Notes: generated by a model not told the origin, from the sequence alone. A stretch of 64,000 nucleotides of DNA from Dehalococcoidia bacterium (GCA_965219085.1 OZ244720.1:3008001-3072000), one strand, 5' to 3'. Counted from the first letter of the stretch, positions 18,970-32,141 are shown. Numbers and translations: made by a program.

Positions 18970-20469
18970 CTACGTCCGATATGAGTCCCACGGGCTCTGT
19001 TCAGGGAGGCGATCTGGGGGGCGTAGTTCGCCAGTGATCGCGTCCGCGAACAGCGCGAGCCAGCGTTCGATAAAGTTGGCCGTTTCCTCGCCGTCGATTG
19101 GCACGAATGGTCGCGATGGCTGCCACGGACCGCCAATATCAATGACGATCTGGTTTGCCTTCTCCGGTAGGAACACCCTTGAGAGCGCCTTCCCTGCAGA
19201 ATAGCCGGGAGCGAGCATGCTTGGCGTCAACTCCGCCGATCGCCATTTCGGCGCGAACGTCGTCTCGTACCACCGAAACGCTCCCTCCTCCTGTGCGTCG
19301 CAGTACCACAGGGAGTGACTCCGGCCGTGATAGTTGGGGTATGGGTCTCGAGGAGAGACACGAAGCTCGAGCCCAGCGTGCGCGACGACTTCGAAAGCCG
19401 GGCGGTATTGGCCCCAGTTAACTGCAAAGGACTCCTCGATAGGCACCCAGGTGAAGTGTGCGCCATCGAGCTCGAACGGCCATTCGAATCCACGCTCGGG
19501 CGCGGCCTCGGGCACATACTCGAGCAGCTGTTGGCGAAGCGAGTCGTAAATCGGGCGGAGTATCGACTCTCCCGCTTCGTAGAGAGAGCGCGCTCGTTCA
19601 GTGTCCGCGCGCTGGGCCTCTACGGCGGCCGCCTCCTCGGCTGTCCGCTGGACAGAGCGAAGATTGGCGCGCAGGAGGCGCTCGGCAGCCGAGCTAACGG
19701 GCCCTGTCGCTCGTTGAAGTCGGTCGAGGAGGTTCGCAGCAGTTGGGCGTGCGCCGGGCGCTTTGACAAGGCATTGGGCAACGATGCCCGCTAGATTGGT
19801 GGGTACCCCATCCAGCGGTGGGGCGGCCTCCCGGAGATGCTGTTCCCGGTAGTCTTCTCTGCTCGGACCAGCGAACGGCGCCGCCCCGCTTAGAATCTCA
19901 TAGGCGATAACGCCGAACGCGTAGATGTCAGTGGCGCCGGTCGCGCGCTCGGCGCGCCACTGCTCAGGTGCCGCGTAACGCGACGTCATTGTGAATTTCC
20001 TCGTATCCGGCGCCGTGGTTTCCTCCGCGTACCGAGCGATGCCGAAGTCGGCGAGGCACCAACGACCGTTCAGGCGGAGAACATTCTCAGGCTTCAGATC
20101 GCGGTGCACCACGCGCCCCTGAAGAGCGCCCAGGGCCTCGAGGATGTCCTTGAGAACCACCGTCGCCTCGCTTGGCTCCATGGGGCCGCGATCGCGCATG
20201 TAGTCCCGCAGCGACAGATCGGCCCGTGGCATCGCGAGCACCCAGTCGTCCTCGAGCTCACCGGTAGCGAGGATCGGGATCACGTTGGGGGTGCCCGCCA
20301 GCTCCTGCGGCAGCAGTAACTCGCGCTCGGCGCCGGGATCCTTCGGGACGAGCTTGATCGCCACAGGCTCCCCATCCGGCGAGACGGCTTCGTGTACCCG
20401 GGCAAACCCGCCTGACCCAATGGGAGCGCCCAGTTCCCAGCGGCTCCCGTCAATGTAAACGCCCTGCAC
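18970..20469 (-). CDS. Hanks-type Ser/Thr protein kinase with coiled coil and uncharacterised C-terminal domain
   Basis: IGSGGFARV, VAIK, HRDLKPEN, DFG, YAAPEQ, DIYAFG; no TM helix; visibly more A/T-rich than its neighbours. Confidence 0.92.
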   Translation of the reverse strand: MQGVYIDGSRWELGAPIGSGGFARVHEAVSPDGEPVAIKLVPKDPGAERELLLPQELAGTPNVIPILATGELEDDWVLAMPRADLSLRDYMRDRGPMEPSEATVVLKDILEALGALQGRVVHRDLKPENVLRLNGRWCLADFGIARYAEETTAPDTRKFTMTSRYAAPEQWRAERATGATDIYAFGVIAYEILSGAAPFAGPSREDYREQHLREAAPPLDGVPTNLAGIVAQCLVKAPGARPTAANLLDRLQRATGPVSSAAERLLRANLRSVQRTAEEAAAVEAQRADTERARSLYEAGESILRPIYDSLRQQLLEYVPEAAPERGFEWPFELDGAHFTWVPIEESFAVNWGQYRPAFEVVAHAGLELRVSPRDPYPNYHGRSHSLWYCDAQEEGAFRWYETTFAPKWRSAELTPSMLAPGYSAGKALSRVFLPEKANQIVIDIGGPWQPSRPFVPIDGEETANFIERWLALFADAITGELRPPDRLPEQSPWDSYRT

Positions 20470-20544
20470 GCGATGTCCTCTCTGGGAAGGGGAGGCTCCT
20501 ATTGTATCCGGCGCGTGGTCGCGGAGCGCGATACGCTATGGCGC

Positions 20545-23505
20545 GTGAGCAGGTTGACCATCATCAGCGGGCCGCCAGGGTCGGGGAAGACCGAGCGCCT
20601 CGTCGCGCTCGCGGCCGGGCGCGTCGAGGCGGACCGATTCGCCTCGACGCTCGTGCTCGTGCCGACGGCCCGCCACGGCGACCAGTTCCGGCGGCGCGTC
20701 GTCGAGCGCTGCGGCGTCGCGCTCAACCTCGAGGTGGCAACGCTCAATCTCTTCGCCCGCCGCGTTGCGGACGGCGACGCCGTCCCGCCCACGGATGTGG
20801 CGATGGAGCTGCTCCAACGCGCCACACATGCCGAGATCGAGGCGGGTGGGGCAGCGCGCTTCGCGCCCATCGCCGACACGCCGGGCCTGCATGCGCTCCT
20901 CGCGCGGGCCGTCGCTGAGCTCGTCAGCGCGGGCGTGGAGCCCGCAGCCGTCGAGGAGGCGGCCCGGCGCGCAGGCAGTGCCGACCACGCAGCGCTGGGC
21001 GCGGTCTACGCCGCGTATCGCCGTCTCCTCGACGATCGCGGCTGGCGCGATCCGCGCGAGACGGCGACGCTCGCGGCCGAGGGGATCGAGGACGGACGCG
21101 ACGTGCCGGGGCTCGCGGTCGTCGACTCGTTCGAGTTTCTCAACCCGCGCGAACTCGCCCTCGTGGCCGCGCTCGCACGCCGTACCGAGGTCGCGCTCAC
21201 GCTCGATCGGGACGGCGGCGAGCGCACGCGCTGGACCGCGCAACGCCTCGACGCGCTCGTCCCGGGTGCTGTCCACGAGGAACTGCGGTCACGCGCCGTG
21301 ACCGCACGCGTCGAGGCGCGCTCGGCCTTTGACGCCGAGGCGCAGCTCCGTGAGATCGCGCGGGCGATCAAGCAGACGCTGGCCGCCGACCCCTCGCTGC
21401 GGCCCTCGGACTTCGCGGTGGTGTTCCGGCGGGCGACGCCCCATCTCACCCTCGCTCGCCGCGTGTTTGCCGAGTACGAGCTGCCGTTCGACCCAGCCGC
21501 CGGCGAGCGGTTGGCGTCGCGCCCGTTCGGTGCGTGGGTGCTGCAACTGCTGCGCCTGCCCGCGCACGACTGGCGGCTGACGCGCATCGCGGCGCTGCTG
21601 CGCTCCGCGTTCCTCGACCGCGGCGCGTGGGGCGTCGAGGGCGACACGGTCGACCACGTGCTGCGCGTGGGACGCGGGCAGCACCTCTTCGCCGGCCGGG
21701 AGAGCCTGCGCCAGCTGCCGATCGCGCTGCGGCGCGAAGCGGACATCCGAGCCGAGGATGGCCGCGAGGGCTACGCCGCGCGGCTGCGAGCCGCCGCGGA
21801 TGCCGTCGAGCGCGTGGCCGGCGGCCTCGAAGCGCTACTCGGCGGCGGGCCACGCACACCGGGGGAGTGGGCCGGGGCGCTCGACGACGCGCTGTTCGGC
21901 GAGAACCGCCTCGTGCAAGCGACCGTCGACGGGTACGAGAGCCTCGACGTGGAGGTGGCAGCGCTGCGCACAAACCTCGACGCGCTGCGCGCCATCGACG
22001 AGTCGCTCGGCAGCGCCCCGATCGCGCTCGCCGCGTTCGCCGACGATCTCGAAGCGCGCATGCAGCGGCCCGCGACGCTGCTGCGCGAGGCTGGCGGCGT
22101 GCTGTTCGCGCCGATGCACACGCTGCACGGTCTGCGCTTCACGCACGTCTTCGTTGGCGGACTCGCCGAGGGCGAGTTTCCGGTGCCTCGCCGCAGCGGC
22201 GCGCTCCTCGACCGGCGAGGCCGCGACGTGCTGCTCGCGGGTGGTCTGGCCCTCCCGCCGGAGCCGCGTGCGACCGAGGAGGAGCTCTGGGCCGCGGTCG
22301 CCTCGCGCGCGGACACGAGCATCTCGTTGTGGCGGCCGCGCCTCGACGAAGGTGGACGCCCGCGCGCGGCCTCCTGGTACTGGCACGAGGCCGCCTCGGC
22401 CCCTGACGCGGCGTCGACGGATGAGCCGACGGCCGTGGCGCCGGAGGCCGCGGCATCGCAGCGCGAGCTCGCCGTCTCGCTCTCGTCGCGTTGGCACGAG
22501 GGCGAGCGGCGTCGGCCGGGGGACCTCGATGCCTGGCCGCTGGTGGTGCGCGTGGCAGCGCCGATCGAGCAGCAGCGGCGGTCGTTCGGCGACGCCGGCG
22601 CGCACGAGGGCGATCTCGCGGGCCTCGTTGCGCCCTCGGCGGTTGTGCGGCTGACGGGCGAGGATGCGCTGTGGAGCGCGAGTCGCCTGGAGTCGTACCG
22701 CACGTGCGCGTTTCAGTTCTTCAGTAGCTATGCACTGCAGCTCCGTGAGGTCGAGGACGAGCACGTAGAGGCGGACGCGGCCGTCCGCGGCACCGTCGTG
22801 CACGAGATCCTCGAGGACGCGCTGCGGCCGCTGGCCGAGGCAGGGCGCGCCCTGGTCCCGGAGACGCTCGACGCCGCCATCGCCCGGATGCGCGAGGAAG
22901 GCCGCCGGTTGTGGGAGTCGGCTCCGACCCGGTGGACCTTCGGGCGCGCGGCCCTGTGGCGCTTCGACTGGGATGAGACGGCCGAGGAGATCGAGCGCCT
23001 GCTGCGCCGCGAGGCGGCGGAGAACGCCCGCCTCGGCGTCGAGCGCATCGCCGGCCTGGAGTCGCCCATCGACGACACTGCGATGCCGGGCGTTCAGCCC
23101 AGGCTGGCGCTCCGCGGCAACATCGACCGTGTCGACGCAGGGCCGAACCTCATCCAGATTGTCGACTACAAGACCGGGCGCGACATCAAGAGGAGCGATG
23201 TCGACGCGGGACGCCGCATCCAGCTGCAGGTCTACGCGATCGCCGCGCGCGAGCAACTCGGCGCGGAACGGCTGGTGGCGCGATATGCGTACCTCCGGCC
23301 GCCGCGGCGCGAGTGGGCGCTCGATACCGCGAGACCCGACGACGCCGCGTTGATCGAGGAGGTCGCCGGGCACGCCGACGAGGTGCGCCGAGCCGTCGGA
23401 GCAGGCGACTTCCGCGTGAATCCGCAGGTGCCGTGTCCGTCGTGGTGTGACTTCCGGCACATCTGCCGCGTCAACCAGTTCACCAGGTCGAAGCAATGGA
23501 GCTGA
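20545..23505 (+). CDS. addB: AddB-like helicase/nuclease subunit
   Basis: GPPGSGKT; C-terminal SASRLESYRTC, RGNIDRVD, IVDYKTG, QLQVY and CPSWCDFRHIC (Fe-S staple cysteines). Confidence 0.88.
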   Translation: MSRLTIISGPPGSGKTERLVALAAGRVEADRFASTLVLVPTARHGDQFRRRVVERCGVALNLEVATLNLFARRVADGDAVPPTDVAMELLQRATHAEIEAGGAARFAPIADTPGLHALLARAVAELVSAGVEPAAVEEAARRAGSADHAALGAVYAAYRRLLDDRGWRDPRETATLAAEGIEDGRDVPGLAVVDSFEFLNPRELALVAALARRTEVALTLDRDGGERTRWTAQRLDALVPGAVHEELRSRAVTARVEARSAFDAEAQLREIARAIKQTLAADPSLRPSDFAVVFRRATPHLTLARRVFAEYELPFDPAAGERLASRPFGAWVLQLLRLPAHDWRLTRIAALLRSAFLDRGAWGVEGDTVDHVLRVGRGQHLFAGRESLRQLPIALRREADIRAEDGREGYAARLRAAADAVERVAGGLEALLGGGPRTPGEWAGALDDALFGENRLVQATVDGYESLDVEVAALRTNLDALRAIDESLGSAPIALAAFADDLEARMQRPATLLREAGGVLFAPMHTLHGLRFTHVFVGGLAEGEFPVPRRSGALLDRRGRDVLLAGGLALPPEPRATEEELWAAVASRADTSISLWRPRLDEGGRPRAASWYWHEAASAPDAASTDEPTAVAPEAAASQRELAVSLSSRWHEGERRRPGDLDAWPLVVRVAAPIEQQRRSFGDAGAHEGDLAGLVAPSAVVRLTGEDALWSASRLESYRTCAFQFFSSYALQLREVEDEHVEADAAVRGTVVHEILEDALRPLAEAGRALVPETLDAAIARMREEGRRLWESAPTRWTFGRAALWRFDWDETAEEIERLLRREAAENARLGVERIAGLESPIDDTAMPGVQPRLALRGNIDRVDAGPNLIQIVDYKTGRDIKRSDVDAGRRIQLQVYAIAAREQLGAERLVARYAYLRPPRREWALDTARPDDAALIEEVAGHADEVRRAVGAGDFRVNPQVPCPSWCDFRHICRVNQFTRSKQWS

Positions 23506-26500
23506 CCGGCGAGCAACTCGACATCATCGAGGCGGAGACCACCGACCTCGCCGTGACCGCGGGCGCGGGCAGCGGCAAGACCCACGTGCTCGTCGAGCGC
23601 TACCTGCGGCTGCTGCGCACTGCCGCGGTCCCCGAGATCGCCGCGGTCACCTTCACCGAGGCGGCCGCGACCGAAATGCGCGAGCGCGTGCGCCGCGCCG
23701 TCATGTCCGACGACTCCCTTGCCGGGCACCGGCCACACCTCGACGACGCGGTGATCGGCACCGTCCACTCGCTCGCGCTGCGACTGCTCCGCGAGCACCC
23801 GTTCGAGGCCGCGATCGACCCCTCGGCGGCCGTGCTGGGCGAGGACGAGGCGGAACTGCTGCGCCGCACCGCGTCGGCCGAGGCGATCGACGCGGCCGCC
23901 GAGGCAGGCGACGGGCGCACGGTCGCGCTCCGCGAGATCGGCGTCTACCAGGTCGGCCAGCACCTCCCGGGCATGCTGTCCAACCGCGACGACGTCGAGG
24001 CCGCCTTCGCTGCGATGGGGCCCGACGCCGCCGCGTGGCGCGAACATGCGCGTGTCATCCTCGAAGGCGCGTACGCGGCGCAGCAGCGGCCGATCCGCAC
24101 CGAGGTTGCCGCGATCACTCGGGACCTTGAGCGCGACGTGCCGGGCGCTGGTCGGCGACTTGCCGAGGTAGCCCGCGAGGTCCTCGATGCGCTCGGTCGC
24201 GCGCGCGACGCCCGTGATTGGGGAGTATTCGCGGCGGCACTCGGCGAGGCGAGCGAAAGGACTGACCTCCGTCCGGGGAGCAAGACCGCATCGCCCGACA
24301 TCGACATCAAGGCCGACTTCCGGCGACTGCGCGAACTGGGCAAGGACGCGAACAGCCTCCCGGCGTGGAACGAGCACGACGAGCGCGTGCTGCCCGCACT
24401 CGCAGGGCTGCGCGACCTGTTCCAGGACGCGGTCGCGCGCTACACCGCCGCGAAGCGCGAGCAGCATGCCCTCGACTTCTTGGACCTCGAGGTCGGAGCG
24501 GTGGCGCTGCTGCGCGACCACCCGGACGTCGCCGCCGAGGTACGCGGCACATTCCGCCACCTCATGGTCGACGAGGCGCAGGACATCAACCCCGCGCAGG
24601 CTGAACTGATCCGCCTCATCGCCGGTCCCGGCGACGGCGGACAGCGGCCACACCTGTTCCTCGTCGGCGACGCGAAGCAGTCGATCTACCGATTCCGCGG
24701 CGCGGACGTGGCGCGGTTCGCCGATTTGCGTCGGCTCGTGACCGGCCGTGGCGGCCCGACGCTGCCGCTGAGCCGCTCGTTTCGCACCCACGACCTCCTC
24801 GTCGGCGCGGCCAATCGCATCTTCACCGAGGTCTTCGCGGACGCCTCGGAGCCGTTCGAGGCGGCGATGGAGTCGATGACCGGTCGCCCGGCGCCGCCGC
24901 CCGGGGGTGGCCCGCACCTCGTGCTCATGCCAATAGGCGGGGCCAGGCCCGACGGCGCGAACGCGCAGGGCGACGAGCGTCGACGCGTGGAGGCCGATGC
25001 CGGCGCGGCGGAGATCGCCGCACTGCTCGCCGAGGGCCGCGAGGTCTGGGACCGCGATGCCGGCGCGATGCGGCCCGCGCGGCCCGGCGACGTCGCCGTG
25101 CTGTTGCGCCGCTTCTCCAACGTCCACACCTTCGAGCAGGCGCTTGAGGCGCACGGCGTGCCGTACTCGACGCCGAGCGGCACCGGCTTCTTCACCCGCC
25201 AGGAGGTGCTCGACTGCGGCCACCTGCTGCGCTGGCTCGCCGAACCCCACGACGAGATCGCCCTCGTGGGTGTGCTGCGATCGCCGTTCTTCGCCCTCCG
25301 CGACGACACCCTGCTGGCGCTGCGCGAGCACCGCAGGTCGCCGTTTGACGCCCTCGGCGACCCACCCCCAGGCATCGAGGGCTCCGAGCGGGCGCGATGC
25401 GCGCACGCCGCGCGTGTGCTTGCGGATCTGCGCGGTGCAGCCGGGGCGCTGCCCGCCGACGCGCTGCTGGAACGCGCGCTCGAACGCTCCGCCGTCGAGG
25501 CGGCGTGGGCGCCGATCGAGGGCGGTGAGCAGGCGCGCGCCAACATCCGCAAGCTGGTGCGCATCGTCCGCACCCTCGCCGGGTACACCTTGCCCGAGGT
25601 CGTCGAGTACCTCGAACAGCGCCGCGAGGAGCTCGATGTCCGCGAGGGCCCGGCGGTGCTCGACCGGTCCGACGCGGTGCGCGTCATGACCGTGCATGCG
25701 TCGAAGGGTCTCGAGTTCCCGATCGTGTGGATCCCGGAGGCGCACTTGCGCCGGCCCCCGTCGTACGAGGCGATCCGCTGGCGCCGCGACGAAGGCGTGT
25801 CGGCCACCCTCGTCCGCGACGAGGATGACACGAGCCGCCCGCGGCCCGCGTTCTACGCGCACCTGCGCCAGCGCGACGAGCGCGAGGACGACGCCGAGCA
25901 TCAGCGCCTGTTCTATGTCGCCGCGACTCGCGCCGCCGACTACCTCTACGTCTCCGGCGACGACGGCGGCACGGTCGGGTGGCTGCGGGCGGCACTCGAG
26001 GTCTGCGCGGGCGGCGACGTGGAGAGCGCGGACGTGCGCGCCCCCGTCCCGGTGGACCTCGACGCCGTCGCCCGGCGCTCCGCCCCGCGTGCGCTCCGCG
26101 TCGCCGACGAGGGGGACGAAGTCGACTACGTCGCGCCACTGCTGGAGCGACCGCGCGTCATCCCGGTGCGCGCCAGCACGCCGGTCACCGCCCTGCGCGC
26201 GCGCCGACGCGCCTGTGTACGCCTCACGTGGCGACGGCCACGGGGCGCTGCGCGGCAGCGTCGTCCACCGCGCGATCGAGGTGTCGAGGGGCGACGTGGC
26301 GTCGCTCGACGCGGCGGCCCTCGCCGCCATCGTGCGCGAGGAGAGCGAGCGCGCGCTCGGTGACGCGACGGTGGACGCACTCGCGGGCGAGGCCGCGGTG
26401 ATGCTCCCGGAGTTCGCGCGCTCACCCGTCGCCGCGGCGCTCGCCGACCCGGGCGTCGAGCGGTGGTTCGAGCTGCCGTTCGCGTGGGACTGGGACGGGC

Positions 26501-26823
26501 TGCCCGTCCACGGCGCGATCGACCTCGTGTACCGCGACGTCGGCGGCTGGTACGTCGTCGACTTCAAGACGGACCGCGTCGACCGCACGACGGCCGCCGA
26601 GGTCGCACAGGGCTACCTCGTGCAGATCGGGCTGTACCAGCGGGCGATCGAGGCCGCCGTCGGCGAACCAGCCACGGCGGGACTGCTCTTCCTGCGCAGC
26701 GGCGAGCTCGTGCAGCCCGAGCGGGCCGCGCTCGACGCAGCCCTCGACGAGGCGCGGGAGCGCGTCGACGCAGGCGTGCTGCTCGACCCGGAGGCTGTCG
26801 AGTTCGTCGAGGAGTTCGAGTAG
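23496..26823 (+). CDS. addA: AddA-like UvrD helicase-nuclease; frameshift in a (GC)5 tract near 26200 separates the nuclease domain
   Basis: AGAGSGKT, TFTEAAATEM, DEAQD, GDAKQSIYRFRGAD, TVHASKGLEF, YVAATRA; the next frame gives RGSVVH, GAIDLV, DFKTD and QIGLY up to TAG 26823. Confidence 0.88.
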
Positions 26824-26825
26824 CG

Positions 26826-27341
26826 CTACTCGCTCTCGAGGCGGTCCAGGGCGATGCGGCGGGCGCTGTTGTCGCCCGGCTCGGCGCGTACCTCGATGTG
26901 GTCGGTCCACTTGATGCTCGTGAAGCACTCGCCGCCGGGGACCACGAGGCGGGCGGGGCCGCCGTGCTCTCCAGGCAGCGGCTCGTCGTTCGCCTCGACG
27001 GCGAGCAGGGCGGCGCGCGCGTCGGCGATGGGCAGCGGGATGCTGAAGTCGTCGGCGGTCACCTGCACCCATGCGGCCTCGGGCGGCGCGCCGGCGCGGT
27101 CCAACAGGTCGGCGATGGTGACGCCGCGCCAGCGGATGCCCGGCACCGTCCAGCCCTCGAGGCAGGCGAAGTCGTCGACCATGAGCTGCTGGGGCATGGC
27201 GAGCAGGCCATCGAGGTCGATGTCGAGCGGCTGGCCGACGAGGCCGTCGACGCGCAGTCGCCACGTGGCCGGGTCGGGGGCATCGCCGGGGTGGACCGGC
27301 AGTGCGTCGAGGACGGTCAGTTCGGATGGCTGGTCGGGCAT
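26826..27341 (-). CDS. Molybdopterin-dependent oxidoreductase (sulfite oxidase family catalytic domain)
   Basis: WRLRVDGLV, DFACLEGW, WRGV, EHGGPARLVVP, SIKW. Confidence 0.85.
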   Translation of the reverse strand: MPDQPSELTVLDALPVHPGDAPDPATWRLRVDGLVGQPLDIDLDGLLAMPQQLMVDDFACLEGWTVPGIRWRGVTIADLLDRAGAPPEAAWVQVTADDFSIPLPIADARAALLAVEANDEPLPGEHGGPARLVVPGGECFTSIKWTDHIEVRAEPGDNSARRIALDRLESE

Positions 27342-27442
27342 GGGCTGCTCCTGCCGTCGCGTCGGTCGGATGGGTCGCCTTCCATGGTACCGCGACGGCG
27401 CCGGGGGTCGGTCGAGGCTGCGGTGCTGCGCCGCCGCCCGAA

Positions 27443-28249
27443 TCAGCTCGCCGCGAAGTTCGGGGTGCGGCGCTCGGCCATGGCGCGGACGCCCTCGCCG
27501 AAGTCGTTCGTCTGGCGCAGGCAGTCCTGTTCGATCCTGCTCGTGGTCGGTGGCGAGGCGAAACTGCTCGGCGAGGCCGCGCCGCATGGTGCGGCGGATG
27601 GAGCGCACGGCGAGCGGTGCGGACATGGCGATCTCCTCGGCCATCTCGCAGGCCTTGTCGCGTAGCTCCTCGAGCAGGACGAGGGCGTCGCAGAGGCCGA
27701 TCTCGAGCGCCTCCTCCGCGCGTACGCGGCGGCCGGTGTAGAGGAGGTCGAGCGCGTGCTGCTGCCCGGCGAGGTTCGGCAGCGTGACGGTGAGGCCGAA
27801 GCCGTGGTGGAAGCCCAGGCGCGCGAAGTTGGCGGCGAACCGCGCTTCGGGCGCGGCCACGCGGAAGTCCGCGGTCAGGGCGAACCCGAGGCCGCCCCCG
27901 ATCGCCGCGCCCTGGATCGCGGCAACGACGGGCGTCTCCGCCTCCATGAGCCGCGCGCCCTCGACGTACAGGTGCTCGCTGCGGGTGCGACGCCGAGGCG
28001 GCTCGTCGGCCGCTTCATCCTCGCTCGGGGGCGGGCGCCGAGCGCCGCGCCGGCGCAGAACGAGCGGCCCTCCGCGGCGAGGATGATCGCCCGCACGTCG
28101 GGCTCTGCGTCGAGCGCGTGGTAAGCGTCGCCGAGGGCGCGCACCAGCGCGGTGTCGAAGAAGTTGTGCGGTGGGCGGTGCATCTCGACGGTGGCGATGT
28201 GGCCGTCAATCTCGACCGATACCTCGTGCGAAGGGTTGGCAACGGGCAT
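27443..28249 (-). CDS. Enoyl-CoA hydratase/isomerase family protein with two 1-base frameshifts (near 28030 and 27536)
   Basis: HRPPHNFF..FCAGA / PVVAAIQGAAIGGG, ADFR, LGFHHGFG / DFGEGVRAMAERRTPNF, spread across frames. Confidence 0.82.
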
Positions 28250-28431
28250 GGGCCCCCCTCGCGCCCCCACGGTATCGAGGCGCTCCCGAGGCGTCGACCG
28301 TGAGCCGCCGCAGCGAGCGCGCGAGACCATCCCGCACGGGACAATACCGCACGATGCGTGTTCCACTGGATCATGGCCCGCCGTCACCGACGCGGCGTGT
28401 GCGCAGCCCCCGGCATGACTCGGAGCGCTCT

Positions 28432-30303
<1,872 letters not shown>

Positions 30304-30425
30304 ACACGCCGGGCCCCCCGGCGCCGATGCCACCGCCAGGCGAGGCGTACGTACCCATGTGCCCGGGGCGCGGGAACAGGATCACAGCGAGCCGAATCGG
30401 AGCGCCGGGTCGGCTCGGGAACACG

Positions 30426-30918
30426 ATGAGCGCAAGCGATAGCGCCGCAGTGGACGCGGGAGAAGAGTTCGTGGTCGAGCGCGCCTTCGACGCCCCTCGC
30501 GAGCTGGTCTGGCGAGCCTGGACGGATCCCGCGCTGATGATGCGCTGGTGGGGACCGCAAGGCATGACCTCGCCCGCCTGCGAGATCGACTTGCGCGTCG
30601 GCGGCCGATACCTCCTCGGCATGCGCTCGCCGGACGGCTACGAGCACTGGATCGCCGGCGTCCTACCACGAGATCGTCCCGCTCAAGCGATTCGTCGCCG
30701 CGGAGTCCATGGCGGACGAGCACGGCAACGTCGACCCGTCGCCGGCCTACGGGATGGGCGAGAAAACACTCACCGTCACGTTCGAAGACGCCGGCGATGG
30801 GAGCACGAAGCTCACGGTGCGGCAGGCTGGATGGCCCGACCTCGGCATGGCCGCCGGTGCCAGCGCCGGCTACAACCAGGCGCTCAACAAGCTGGCAGTC
30901 GCCCTCGCGGACATGTAG
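30426..30918 (+). CDS. SRPBCC/AHSA1 domain protein, frameshift near 30662
   Basis: VERAFDAPRELVWRAWTDP..WWGP..DLRVGG; removing one C gives GVYHEIVPLKRFV..TVTFED..GYNQALNKL. Confidence 0.85.
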
Positions 30919-31008
30919 CTGACCTGGCAGTCGCTCCGCCCTCGCAAAGTCGTACTCGACGGGACGAAGCGCGCCCACGCGAGGGGGCGCCGAGCGACGG
31001 CGGAGTAA
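30916..31008 (+). pseudogene. Orphan diverged copy of the last 31 codons of typA (matches 30211-30303)
   Basis: Translates as *LTWQSLRPRKVVLDGTKRAHARGRRATAE* versus typA EVTPLSLRPRKVVLDANRRARARGKQLAST*; same length, same stop position. Confidence 0.85.
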
Positions 31009-31027
31009 CCAGACTGGCCGCGGGCGG

Positions 31028-32038
31028 CTACGCGCCGAGCGCTGCGAGCACGCGCTCCTGCTCCGTGGGGTCGTCGCTGTCGACCTCGACGCGGTGGATC
31101 GTGATACCCGCCTCGGCCTGCTGCGCCAGCCGGTCGCGCGCCTCCGCGGGATCCGACGTGACGAACCAGCACGACTGCTGCGTGTCGCCGGGCACGGCTT
31201 CCGCCGCCGCGGCGCGCCCGCCCTCGCGCCACGCCGCGCGCACCGAGGTCACGAGGTCGCCGTGGCCGAGTCGGGTGAAGTGCTGGGCGTAGAAGTCCCC
31301 CATGCGCGCGATGTAGTAGGCGAGTTGGCCCTTCGCCACACCCCGAGCGCGATCGACCTCGCCGGTCACGACGAGGGTGCCTGGCGAGCGGACGTTGAAC
31401 TCGCGGCCAGCCGTCTCGGTGTCCTCGGGGCGGTGATCGCGGACGAACCGGGTCAGCTCCGGCATCGCTTCGAGGGGCGTCCACAGCGGCAGCCAGCCGT
31501 CGGCGATCTCGGCCGTCTGCCGCAGGCTGCGCGGCAGCAGCGAGGCGATGTAGATCGGCACGTCGGCGCGCGGCGGCTGGAACGCGAGCCGCATGCGGCC
31601 TCCGGCGCTCACCTCGGCGCCCTCGTAGTCGAGGGGCTCGCCAGCGAAGACCGCGCGGATGATGTGCACGTAGTCCGCGGTGCGAGCCACGGGCCTGCGG
31701 AACGGGACGCCGTGCAGGGTTTCGACCACTCCTGCCGCGCTGCTGCCCAGCCCGACGATGGCGCGCCCGCCCGACACCTCGTCGAGCGTGGCGAAGTGCT
31801 GCGCGAGCGCGGCGGGTGTGCGCGAGAACACGTTGACGATGGCCGTGCCGAGCTGGATCTGCTCGGTACGCGCCGCGATCAGCACCAGCGTGGTGAACGC
31901 GTCGCGCGCCCATGCCTCCTCGACCCACACGGAGTGCACGCCGGCGCGATCGGCTGCCTCGACCCGTTCGAGGACCGCCTCGCGTCCCTGGGCGAGGTCC
32001 TCCTGCCAGGCGATGTTGAGCGCGAGCCGGTACGTCAT
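31028..32038 (-). CDS. LLM class (luciferase-like, probably F420-dependent) oxidoreductase
   Basis: VWVEEAWARDAF, IQLGTAIVNVFSRTP, TLDEVSGGRAIVGLG, EIADGW. Confidence 0.9.
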   Translation of the reverse strand: MTYRLALNIAWQEDLAQGREAVLERVEAADRAGVHSVWVEEAWARDAFTTLVLIAARTEQIQLGTAIVNVFSRTPAALAQHFATLDEVSGGRAIVGLGSSAAGVVETLHGVPFRRPVARTADYVHIIRAVFAGEPLDYEGAEVSAGGRMRLAFQPPRADVPIYIASLLPRSLRQTAEIADGWLPLWTPLEAMPELTRFVRDHRPEDTETAGREFNVRSPGTLVVTGEVDRARGVAKGQLAYYIARMGDFYAQHFTRLGHGDLVTSVRAAWREGGRAAAAEAVPGDTQQSCWFVTSDPAEARDRLAQQAEAGITIHRVEVDSDDPTEQERVLAALGA

Positions 32039-32099
32039 GGGGGAGGCCATTCCATCGTGGAGCGCCGAGGTGGGCGAGATGCCGTGGGGGAGCGGGTCG

Positions 32100-32134
32100 C
32101 GCGCCGCGGCCCGGGATCACCGGGCCGCGGCGCG
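32100..32134 (-). terminator. GC-rich hairpin downstream of coxM
   Basis: CGCGCCGCGGCCCGG-GATCA-CCGGGCCGCGGCGCG; no U-tract. Confidence 0.45.
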
Positions 32135-32141
32135 GGAAGTG

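Noticed and set aside
26826-27947. Apparent enoyl-CoA hydratase/sulfite oxidase fusion ORF (373 aa)
   Set aside because: Created by the frameshift near 27536; the hydratase ends at 27443 in another frame and the oxidoreductase has its own -10, SD and ATG at 27341
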